Translations under genes and position numbers: made by a program
Part shown: positions 25,718-37,366 of the stretch, one piece after another
Layout: the number at the start of each line of letters is the position of its first letter
Position numbering within the stretch: position 1 is the stretch's first letter
Origin: Lytechinus pictus
Taxonomy: Eukaryota
Assembly (NCBI RefSeq): GCF_037042905.1
Contig: NC_087250.1
Location: 4,652,001-4,716,000 of the forward strand
Direction of reading: 5' to 3'
Length of the DNA stretch: 64,000 nucleotides
The notes under the pieces: generated by a model
Databases searched by the model: none
What the model was told of the DNA's origin: nothing
The model's input: the letters and a program-made list of their open reading frames with translations, nothing else

Positions 25718-28700
25718 TATGAGGCGCCGAATGTACCAATATTATATAGAACAATTATTTGTTATATAATCATTATTTATTAAATAATAACTATTATTTA
25801 TATATAATTTACATTTTATTTGTAAATAACTACTATTATATAAAATATCATTTCTAATTATTTATATATAATTCCAAGTAATACTTCATTATTTGTAAAT
25901 AATAATAGTTCGACATTCCATTATTTATAAATAATGATTATTTGTTTTTCATTATTTACAAATAATGATTATTTGTTTTTCATTATTTATAAATAATGAT
26001 TATTTGTTTTTCATTATTTACAAATAATGATTATTTGTTTTTCATTATTTATAAATAATGATTATTTGTTTTTCATTATTTATAAATAATGATTATTTGT
26101 TTTTCATTATTTATAAATAATGATTATTTGTTTTTCATTATTTACAAATAATGATTATTTGTTTTTCATTATTTATAAATAATGATTATTTGTTTTTCAT
26201 TATTTATAAATAATGATTATTTGTTTTTCATTATTTATAAATAATTTGTTGAGTTTTCCATTATTTATAAATAATGATTATTTGTTAAATAACGAAAACG
26301 TCTACTTCATTATTTATAAATAATTTTTTCGAGTCCACCATTATTCTCATTATTTATAAATAATCATTATTTAATGTTCGAGTTTTCCATTATTTATAAA
26401 TAAAGATTATTTGTTAAATAATGAAATATCTACTTCATTATTTATAAATAATAATTTTGTTTCAATATCCCATTATTTATAAATAATCATTATTTATAAA
26501 CAATTTTTACAGTTTGCCATTATATACAAATAATCATTATTTATATACAAATAACCATTATTTTTAAAATAATGCCATTATTTATTAAATAATGCCATTA
26601 TTCATTAAATAATGGAAAACTCGCTATAACATGCAAATGTGGGACCGCCCATGATATGAATATTCATGATGCGATTTCCTTTTTCGTGATTTTTCTTCAC
26701 AAATTTTTGTCCATTTCCTCTTCATAATGGCATTTCTTGAAGCAATTTTCTAGGGATATGGTCTGATTGTAATATTCTTCATTTTCTATATAACTTCGTC
26801 TTCGTAGAAATATCAAAAAGTGTAATTTTATACGATTTTTCCTACAGTTCACAATCCCCATAGGCGCGCGTGTATCGTAGGGACAACCGGTGAATCGACG
26901 GAGTGCTCTTCATCGAAATACTACGTTGGTTGGTCCCCGGAAGTGGCGGGCGGAATTTAGCCCGAATCCTCGATGGAAGTCGATCAAGTGCATATGAGCT
27001 GAGAGAGTGAAATATCAGTGTACTTGTACAGGCCCTTCTACTTTTTATAAATATTTCTTGTTGCTTTTTTTGTTAAGTTAATTTTTCCTGGTGTAGAGAT
27101 AAGTTTCAGTTCTAATAATGCACTTCAAATACATTTTGGAGTGTCTGTTTGAGGCGTTTGGGGCGATTTCACCCTGGCCCCAAAATGCTCGCAACGACAA
27201 TACGGGCAGACTTGGGCATGATGACCCCTAAATTTTTAAAAACTTATTTTTCTATTGAAAATTATCACAAAATTCACCAAAAGTGTGCACGAAAGCCTTC
27301 GTATTTCACTTTTAAAACTCCAAAAAGTGCCCAAAATGACAAGCTTGGTCGCTTCGCTGTGTCGCTTTCAACTTGAGAACGTTTACGCGTCTAGATCTGC
27401 TTCCCCCCCCCCCCGGCTCCTCCGAAAGAAATTCTGTATACGGCCATGCTCTAAAGAGCCTGGCCCATTGATTTATGTATACTTTCATTTTCATTATTTT
27501 TATCTCATTATCAACATGGCCTTACGCAGAATTTTTTCCAGGGGGGCCGGGGCCAGAGCATGACGCGCGTAAACTTTTTCAAAAAAATCTTGAAAGCGAG
27601 ACAGCCACGGGACCAAGCCCAAATGACAAGCTTGGTCGCTTCGCTGTCTCGCTTTCAACTTGAGAACGTTTACGCGCGTCTGCCCCCACCCCCCGAAAGA
27701 AATTCTGTGAACGGCCATGCTCAAAAGAGCATATGGCACATTGATTTATATGTACTTTTCATTTTCATTATTTTTATCACATTATCATCATGGCCTTACA
27801 CAGAATTTTTACCGGGGGGGGGGGGAGCAGCTAGGACGCGCGTAAAGTTTCTCAAAAAAAATCTTGAAAGCGAGACAGCGACGCGACCAAGCTCAAATGA
27901 CAAGCTTGGTCGCTTCGCTTTTTCAAGATTTTTATGAGAAAGTTTACGCGCGTCCTGCTCCCCCACCCCCCCCCCCCCCCCGGAAAAAATTCTGCGTAAG
28001 GCCATGATGATAATGAGATAAAAATAATGAAAATGAAGTATACATAAATCAATGTGCCAGGCTCTTTAGAGCATGGCCGTATACATAATTTCTTTCGGAG
28101 GAGGGGGGGGGGGGGGAAGCGAAGCGACCAAGCTTGTCATTTTGGGCACTTTTTGGAGTTTTAAAAGTGAAATACGAAGGCTTTCGTGCACACTTTTGGT
28201 GAATTTTGTGATAATTTTCAATAGAAAAATAAGTTTTAAAAAAATTAGGGGTCATCATGCCCAAGTCTGCCCGTATTGTCGTTGCGAGCATTTTGGGGCC
28301 AGGGTGAAATCGCCCCAAACGCCTCAAACAGACACTCCAAAATGTATTTGAAGTGCATTATTAGAACTGAAACTTATCTCTACACCAGGAAAAATTAACT
28401 TAACAAAAAAAGCAACAAGAAATATTTATAAAAAGTAGAAGGGCCTGTACAAGTACACTGATATTTCACTCTCTCAGCTCATATGCACTTGATCGACTTC
28501 CATCGAGGATTCGGGCTAAATTCCGCCCGCCACTTCCGGGGACCAACCAACGTAGTATTTCGATGAAGAGCACTCCGTCGATTCACCGGTTGTCCCTACG
28601 ATACACGCGCGCCTATGGGGATTGTGAACTGTAGGAAAAATCGTATAAAATTACACTTTTTGATATTTCTACGAAGACGAAGTTATATAGAAAATGAAGA

Positions 28701-29737
28701 ATATTACAATCAGACCATATCCCTAGAAAATTGCTTCAAGAAATGCCATTATGAAGAGGAAATGGACAAAAATTTGTGAAGAAAAATCACGAAAAAGGAA
28801 ATCGCATCATGAATATTCATATCATGGGCGGTCCCACATTTGCATGTTATAGCGAGTTTTCCATTATTTAATAAATAATGGCATTATTTAATAAATAATG
28901 GTTATTTGTATATAAATAATGATTATTTGTATATAATGGCAAACTGTAAAAATTGTTTATAAATAATGATTATTTATAAATAATGGGATATTGAAACAAA
29001 ATTATTATTTATAAATAATGAAGTAGATATTTCATTATTTAACAAATAATCTTTATTTATAAATAATGGAAAACTCGAACATTAAATAATGATTATTTAT
29101 AAATAATGAGAATAATGGTGGACTCGAAAAAATTATTTATAAATAATGAAGTAGACGTTTTCATTATTTAACAAATAATCATTATTTATAAATAATGGAA
29201 AACTCAACAAATTATTTATAAATAATGAAAAACAAATAATCATTATTTATAAATAATGAAAAACAAATAATATTATTTGTAAATAATGAAAAACAAATAA
29301 TCATTATTTGTAAATAATGAAAAACAAATAATCATTATTTATAAATAATGAAAAACAAATAATCATTATTTATAAATAATGAAAAACAAATAATCATTAT
29401 TTATAAATAATGAAAAACAAATAATCATTATTTGTAAATAATGAAAAACAAATAATCATTATTTATAAATAATGAAAAACAAATAATCATTATTTGTAAA
29501 TAATGAAAAACAAATAATCATTATTTATAAATAATGGAATGTCGAACTATTATTATTTACAAATAATGAAGTATTACTTGGAATTATATATAAATAATTA
29601 GAAATGATATTTTATATAATAGTAGTTATTTACGAATAAAATGTAAATTATATATAAATAATAGTTATTATTTAATAAATAATGATTATATAACAAATAA
29701 TTGTTCTATATAATATTGGTACATTCGGCGCCTCATA
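25718..29737. mobile_element. 4.0-kb foldback element with ~1.8-kb inverted arms and 6-bp TSD
   Basis: gacaac|tatgaggcgccgaatgtacc...ggtacattcggcgcctcata|gacaac; outer ~31-bp tandem repeats. Confidence 0.92.
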
Positions 29738-30395
29738 GACAACAGCCTTAATATCACTACCGCAAGTCCTAAACTACTCATAACTGGTCAAAACCATTAC
29801 CCATAATGCAACATTCGGAGCAGGGTATTCATGTAGTCTTGTCATATGGACACAGTCGAATGATAACAGATTAATTGAGAACTCGATACATTCAGTGATT
29901 TCAAGTCCGGTGTTGGCGTTGATGTTGGTGTTAGTGTTGGAATTGATGTTGGTGTTAGTGTTGGAATTGCTTCCCCTAGCTCCAAAACTTGCATTGAGTT
30001 TGTAAAACTGATCCAGATCACATTATTGACATCTCAACAACCGGTGAGTGACTTCAGGAGCATCTTTATTCTATGTTTGGTGTTATACTCATGTAAGAAT
30101 TGACCTAACACCATCACCAAAAGGTCAACACTGAACTTGAAATCACCCATTCATATCGCAAGAATTATGGTATACCAAGCAGCAAACAGGTACTTTTCCT
30201 CGCAAAAACATCTTAGTGTCCGAGTCTACACAAATAGAATATGAGGATAATTCGTTCTCGATCTCAAAAAGGTATATATATTAAGACTAGCCAATTATAA
30301 CACACAGTCAACGATTTACAAAAAGTGCTAAATAAAGACCTTTTTACACTCCCCCCCCCCCCCTCCCAAACTCAAACTCCCATTTTGACCAGTAG

Positions 30396-30511
30396 TGCAT
30401 CGGATCTACAGGAGGTCTTGGTCGATTTCGGAATCAAAGCGAACGACCGCGACGTCGACGAGATGATCGAAGAGGTCGATGAAGATCTGAACGGACACAT
30501 CACGCATTCAG
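30396..30511 (+). CDS. Calmodulin-like gene exon 5 (EF4); alternative NAGNAG start at 30393
   Basis: cagtag|ASDLQEVLVDFGIKANDRDVDEMIEEVDEDLNGHITHS|gtaatt. Confidence 0.88.
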
Positions 30512-30660
30512 GTAATTTAATCACGTATCTAAATTTCCCCACAGTGTCTGCCACAGTGTGGAACACAATGTAAAATCACCTTTACATTGTTAAATTTGAG
30601 CATTTCAACAGTGTGAATCACATATTCACAGTCGACCATGTGAACACGCTGTGAACAGTC

Positions 30661-31223
30661 CCCGGGGGGGGGGGGGCACTTACATTGACGAGTGGATACC
30701 GCGCGCGACCCAAAAAACACGTAAAAAGGATGTCTTTTTCACGATAGGGCACGTTACGTACGTAACGTGATAAGGGTCTCAAAAACACAAAAATAATGAA
30801 AAAAGGGTATCTATTTTGCTAGGAAAATTACGTGTTTAGGGTCGAATTCGCGGGGATGATAAAACAAAATTAAAATGTTTTATAAAGGATGCCCTTTTTG
30901 CCCCAACACTTCGTGTTTAGAGTCCGATTTGCGCGAGGTGTAGAAGGTGGGGTCGTACTAAACCAAATAAGGTAAAGCCGACGACCGAAGGACCCGTAAC
31001 AATAAAAAATTCCTGTACTTGTTTAGGGGTTCATTTCAGGGAACATTTGCCAAGAGTATCGTTTTGTTACCAATACTTGTTAAGGGTAGGGTTTCACACG
31101 CCAATACTTGTTAAGGGGCGCATTTTCAGAATAAGGAAATTACGTGTTTAGGGTGCTTTTCGAGACCCCATGGTCGCGCATGGTATCCACTCGTGAATGG
31201 AAGTGCCCCCCCCCCCTCCCGGG
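30661..31223. mobile_element. MITE with 8-bp TSD
   Basis: gaacagtc|cccgggg..gcactt..gagtggatacc...ggtatccactc..aagtgccc..cccggg|gaacagtc. Confidence 0.85.
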
Positions 31224-32379
31224 GAACAGTCACACTGTTGAAGTGTCCACAGTGTGGAAATTTCTTCACATTGTTGAATGTGAGCATTTTAACAGTGTGT
31301 ATAATATGTTCACATGGTCTACTATGTGAACACACTGTGATCACAGTGTGTTCTTTCCAGCATGTCCTTGAAAATGTACCCCCAGAAATGTTCTTTCCAG
31401 CATGTCCTTGAAAATGTACCCCCAGAAATCACCTATCATTTTTATGACTTTCAAAAACATTTCCAAATGAATTTTACTTTTTGAAAACCCTTTTCAACTT
31501 GTTAAAAGGCTTTCACTTTTTCTAGACGCCATAAAAACATATCAAATGTTCAAACAAATCCTTTCTAATCTTATATATGTAACCAAAGCGCTTGGAATGT
31601 CCTGAAAATGTTTTCACATCCTTTATACTTTTTGAAAATGTTTTAACGTTCTGAAGAAGTTTAGAGGATATGAAACTTGTATATATAAATCCGACGTTGA
31701 GAAAATGTTTCCATATCCTTTTCGTAAATATTTTGAACGTTGAGAATATGTTATAAAATCCTGTAAATGTTACAAAGGAATTTGAACGTTTGGATGACAT
31801 GTATTTTTTGTTTGTTGTGTTACAACACACTTGAAGCCTAGGGGGAAGTTCACACTGAAAAAAGTTTGTTTATAAAAAAATAATAATAAAAAAAATACAA
31901 AATATTGATGAAGGTTTGAGGAAAATCCATTATAGAGTATTAAGGAAGTTATTCGAATTTTAAGTTTTGGATTTGTGACATCGTGAACGAGCAGCTGCCC
32001 CATACGGTATGTATCCTAAGAAGAATAAATTAATGGTTTGTGATGTCTTTTTCTTCTAGAAACGGGTGTGGATATGATTTGTCTATAGATTTATGTACTG
32101 AAAATACAGTAAAGTTTTCAATTTTCTTAGAAAATGACAATTCATTGATTTTCCCCATACGATATGTAGTAAAGCTGCTCGCATATGACGTTCCAAATCA
32201 AAGAATTAAAATTCTAATAACTTGTTTATTCTTTGATGTATTTTTCTTAAACCTTTGCAATTTTTTTTATCGTTAGTTTTGTCCGCTATTTTACGATAAA
32301 CTTTTTAACAGGGTGAACTTCACCTTTAAAGCCGATGCATTTCCCTTTGCCTAATATTGAAGACGGTAGGCCATAATGT

Positions 32380-32620
32380 ACACAGCAAAAACTGTGGTGT
32401 TAACCGTTGTGCATAGAGGACCACATCAGTTATTTTACACCGGTGTTAAATTGGTGGTGTTAGTTTTACACCTATAGGTGTTATTACAGCACCTATGGTT
32501 GTTACATTTACACTCTTTGGTGTTATGTTCAATTTCTAGGGTGTTATTTTAACACCTTAGGGTGTGGTCCTCTATTAACGCCAATTGGTGTAAGTTTTAA
32601 CATCACAGTTTTTACAGTGT
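32380..32620. mobile_element. ~240-bp MITE; other copies at about 43334-43500, 58304-58540 (reverse), 60320-60556
   Basis: acagcaaaaactgtggtgttaa...ttaacaccacagtttttacagt. Confidence 0.8.
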
Positions 32621-33344
32621 ATGAAATTACTAAGTGTCACCCCGCCCCTCTTCCAGAGGCGTTAATTCATTAAAACAAATCATAATTTTATTCTGCAATA
32701 GATTTCTCCACAAAGTACAACGCCGATCAACCATGACTGAATAAAACGTTTCGAAAGATGAAATCGCAGAGATGTAATTGTTCGGGGGCCCGTAACACAA
32801 AGCTTAGCAATGATCGTAGAACATTTGTCTACGATTGATTGCATAGACTACAATGTACAATCAGTCGTAAAAGCCAAGCGTACGATCAATCAATAACCTT
32901 TGTGTTACGGGACCCCGGACATTTCGGGAATTCCCCTCCCGAGATAACATGGTTCGATAAGGATTTTGTTTAATGGAAAAATGACTCGTGTGAAATTTGA
33001 GTAGCTAGCATTTGTATAATTGTAAAGTATTATGAAAAAAAAATTTGTTTGACTTAAATCCCCACCCTCGATCATCCTCCTCGTCCTACATCCTGCTATT
33101 CTTTTCTCCCCCCCCCCCCCCCGTCCCCTCCCTTCTTCTCTCTGGGTTTCTCTCCGTTTAGTCAATCTCCGTTCTTTCTCGATCTCCCACCCCCCCCCCC
33201 CCCCATTCTCTCTTTCTCCTTGCCCCTATCCTTCTCCTTTATACTGTATCCCTATTAGATCTCCTTTTATCGCTTACGGTCACACCTCCTTTATTTTTCT
33301 TCTCTTTGACACCCCTCCCCCCCCCCCCTCTCTCTCTCTCTCTG

Positions 33345-33690
33345 GTGGAAGAACCGTGGTGTAGCGGTTCTGACTCTCGCCTTGTAATCAGAGGGTCGTG
33401 TGTTCGAATCCCATCATAGCCAAATGCCCTTTGGTAAGGCGCCAATCCACCATTTGCCACTCTCCACCCAGGTGTTTAATGGGTACCCGATAGGATGCGA
33501 AAGCCTATGAAGTATGCCTAGCAATTGAGTCTTGGGACTCTTGTTGGAATGCTCCCCAGGGAGTGGATAAGGTGCATACATTGTATGCGGGCATGCAAGG
33601 ATCCGATGACCACCGGGGTAATAATATATATGTTAAGTGCTTGGAGACGTCGTTCCGATGTTTTAAGCGCTATATAAATGCGGAATATTA
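33345..33690 (+). mobile_element. tRNA-derived SINE, family B
   Basis: A box tggtgtagcgg, B box gttcgaatccc, core cacccaggtg..aatgggtacc; reverse copy at about 50120-50467. Confidence 0.82.
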
Positions 33691-33791
33691 CTCTCTCACA
33701 CATAAACACAAACTTAGTCCATCGACTCCATGCAATCATCTCATCCATTCTAATTTAATTTCCTCTTTCCTTTCTTTTTGTGTCTCTACAG

Positions 33792-33820
33792 AATTCGAGA
33801 GAATCGTGACATCCCCGTGA
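33792..33820 (+). CDS. Calmodulin-like gene terminal exon
   Basis: cag|EFERIVTSP*; 29 nt like the last calmodulin exon. Total spliced CDS is 441 nt. Confidence 0.82.
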
Positions 33821-34273
33821 ATCCTTCTTTACATTTGACAAGTGAACTTGATATTGGACGGAATATTAAAACAACTAATTACCAAAATTACATAAGAAAA
33901 CTTGCGCTTTTTCACAATTATGAAATTTTTCCCGTTTCTGTATGGGTTCACTTTAAAAACACTGAGTAAAATTTTACCCAATATTAAGTAAAAAGGGAAC
34001 ATGCATGTTTGCTCGGTATTTGTTTTTTGGTTACCCCATATTGGGCTATTTCACCGCAACATAAAATTGCGTAAATTTACAAAACATCACCCAACATGCA
34101 TGTTCCCATTTTACCCAATATTGGGAAATCAACCTTTTTGTTTTTTAGTGTTCACTTCGGAGGCTGGAAGCATCATCAGAACTTCACCGTAGATGGCGTA
34201 GTTGTTGTTGCAGGGCGACAGGTAAAACTTCATGATTGTGAAAAAGAGATTTTTTTTCTTTAAATAGAATTAA

Positions 34274-34861
34274 AGGAGAATGAAACCCTTGAAACCAGCT
34301 GAATCCATATCAAAGAGAAAAATCAAAGAAACATATTGTTGAAAGTTTGAGGAAGATTGGATGAATAATAAGAAAGTTATGAGCATTTGAATATTGAGAT
34401 CACTAATGCCATGTAGATCCTCCCATTGGCAATGCGACCAAGATCTGTGATGTCACACACGTACAACTTCCTCACTACTTTAGTACTTATTTCACTTATA
34501 TTCTCACTTTTATAGAGTCTATCACAAGTTGAGGTGTTCTCTTTTAATATGAGAGGACAAGTACAGAGGTTTCACAACATTATATCATTGATGAATCGTT
34601 TGTCATATGATTAGAATGAGCAAAAAGAGATGTTTTGGGGTATATTTTCAGTGTCCAAAAGGGGAGAGTTGTTCATCTGTGACATCATAGATCTTGGTCG
34701 CATTGCCAATGGGAGGATCTCCATAGCATTAGTGATCTCGACATTCAAATGCTCATAACTCTTCTATTGCTAGTCCTATTTTACTCAAACTGTTGTTGAT
34801 CTTATTCTTTGATTTTTCTGCTTTCACAAAAGCTAACTTGCTCCAAGAGTTTCATTCTCCT
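34274..34861. mobile_element. Kolobok-like MITE, reverse copy of 10478-11063 (older copy at about 53988-54576)
   Basis: Same TIRs and TTAA flanks; reverse-complement body. Confidence 0.85.
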
Positions 34862-34905
34862 TTAAATAAAATTAATGTCACCGCACCAATCTGCTCAACT
34901 TTTTT

Positions 34906-35600
34906 TTTTTTTTTTTGGAAAATTATTTAATAACAGAGTTAAACAATATAATTTCAAATTGCTGCATCGGATTTTGCCGTATAAAGAGAATTTAGTTCGA
35001 TGGAATATCACATCAGACATGACTTGTAACCATTGTAAACAAATTGAAACTCTAGATCATGTTTTGTTGCATTGTCCACATGTGAATTTATTTTGGCAAA
35101 AACTACGGTATTTCATTAAGATCCAGTTTAATGTGAATATTCAGATTAATGAGAAAACATTATTGATTGGCCACGATGTTGAAAATGAAAACATGGCTTT
35201 TCTTAATGTAATTTTGGTTTTCGCACAATATACGATTTATAGAGTCTATATGTTGGCTCAGTTCACTTCAAAAAAATTCAGCTATTTTTCTATGTTGTCA
35301 GATTTCAAGAGAGAATTAGTCATTAATTTAAGATTTCTTGAAAAGAGTAATAAGATAAAACTAACAGAAAAACAGTACAACGAAATCAAAAGCCTGTGAA
35401 ATGTGAAACTAATTGTATATATTGTTTGTGTTTGTTTATTGATTTCAATGTAAAAGAGTAACATGATAAAAATATCAGAAAAACAGTATATTGAAATCAA
35501 AAGGTTGTGAAATATGAAACTAATTGTATATATTGTATGTGTTTGATTATTGATTTTAATGTAATAAATACCTCTGATGAGGACAAAAAAAAAAAAAAAA
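34906..35600 (+). mobile_element. 5'-truncated L1/Tx1-type LINE (C-terminal zinc-binding region), polyA and TSD
   Basis: FKLLHRILP...CNHCKQIETLDHVLLHCPHVNLFW; polyA 35585-35600; aatctgctcaactttt on both sides. Confidence 0.85.
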
Positions 35601-35735
35601 TCTGCTCAACTTTTTCATAAAACTATTTACCAAAATATCACATGCAGAGCCATAATCAAGGGCAAATCATAAATTCAAATAAGTGGTTATAATAATACTG
35701 TGTATAATTCAGACTAAAGACGAGAACATAACCAC

Positions 35736-36002
35736 GGGTCGTGTGGTCCAGTGGTTAGAGCATTGGACTCATAATTGCAAGGTTGTGAGTTCGAATCCCG
35801 ACTCTGCCATTGTCTCCACTTTGATAAAAAGGCCCAAGAGTGATATCTGTCGTCTATTACGTCAGCCACTATGACTGATTAACCTAGACGTAAAATGTTT
35901 CCAAGGTAATTGGTTGTATACCAGCTTGGCGTTTACCAGCAAAAAATGCTGTCCTGCCGAGTTCCTACGGGAGTTACCACAAACAGAAACAGAAACAGAA
36001 AC
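35736..36002 (+). mobile_element. tRNA(Met)-like-headed SINE, family C
   Basis: tggtccagtgg, ctcataat loop, gttcgaatccc, body and (acagaa)n tail. Confidence 0.7.
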
Positions 36003-37229
36003 ACGATTACAAATAATTGTTTTAATTTACAATAATCAATCATTTCATTTTAAAAAAACATCTGTTCATGAGCAATTTTGTTTCCTCTTCAATAATGAAG
36101 CTCTGCTCATTAGGTTGAATATTTCGAAAGAAACATTGTCACAGGAATTTAAAAAAATGTTACAATATAATGGAACGAGTAAATAAATACTGAATGATTT
36201 TTGAATTACCAAAATGCCTAGAAGTCCACCAAAACCAAATACAATCACCTTCGAACTTATTATTTTTCACCTTATTATTATCATGTTTTGATTGATAAGA
36301 TAAGTGGATAGCAAATAATGGAAATGACTATTCTCTGTAATTTCTTCCAGAATGTTCTTCCTATTAAACCTCGTTAATCTCAATGATTGTCTTCCTTGTT
36401 CTTGCTATTTATTCCTTTTCACTGACTATACTTGGAAAAAATAAGAACATGATAGACACTTCATTCATTGCCGAAATGAAACTGTAGTATCGCCCATATC
36501 ATACCTCTTTCAGTAACTCGCTGATCCGCAGTCCAGTCTCGGCCTCTCGGGCTACTTAAGTCGTTAAAAAAATGAGTTTATGAATGGCCCGAGCTAAAAA
36601 TAGCCCGCGCCAGGACCCGGGCTATTTTGAAGCTGCTTTTATTAGCACCAGAACGGCAATAGACTCGCGTGCCCGTGTTGTTTAATGGGTGATCGTAAAA
36701 AATAGTGCGGCTCTGCGAAAGTTACTGAGCGCAATTGTTACACAGACACTGTAAAAAATGAAGTGATATTTTAGCACTTAAAGTGCTTGTGTAGTGACTG
36801 CACTACGAGTGCTGATTTTCTAGTTCAAATTTAAACAGAGCATTTTACAGAGTATATGATAAATACAATTATATCTATATATATATAGTGTGATGATATA
36901 TATGTATATATATGCAGTCATAAATCAAATACAGTGATGTCAAACATGTGCTGCTCGTGTTAACACATGTCTCATGAATAATAATAATAATAATAATAGC
37001 GGTATATTTACCCAGGGTAGCCGCTTCAGTTCCGAAAACTGTTCTCCCAGCGGGCCCTGCTATTATTAATGAATATTGATTCAATTCCGATATTTCTGTA
37101 TGGTACATTGCCCTGTATTACGTTCGTTTAGAACTGATAACCTGGGCCCATTATTGTAATTGTTTCCCCTTTTTTATGAATAAAAGGTGATTTATAAAAA
37201 TCTGTAGAGCGCGTTATTATCCTCTTTTT

Positions 37230-37366
37230 TTACATCACGAGGGTGGGGGTTTCTTCGGTGGATTTACACGCAGAACCGCCTTGAGGTACGATTCGAAACT
37301 CGGAGGCTGTTCGACCAAGACTAGCAATCCATTCCCTGTTCATGTTCTCAGTCGTCATGTAGAGAT
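37230..37366 (-). CDS. PDZ + IL-1-like gene, terminal exon 7
   Basis: cag|(D)LYMTTENMNREWIASLGRTASEFRIVPQGGSACKSTEETPTLVM*; acceptor and phase are conserved in the paralogue at 63.6 kb. Confidence 0.8.

Noticed and set aside
27149..28351. Mirror-image ORFs in the foldback centre
   Set aside because: By-products of the inverted repeat, with no transposase motifs.
30538..31352. Several CACAGTG heptamers
   Set aside because: Part of a local tandem repeat, without paired TIRs, 5-bp TSD or nonamer.
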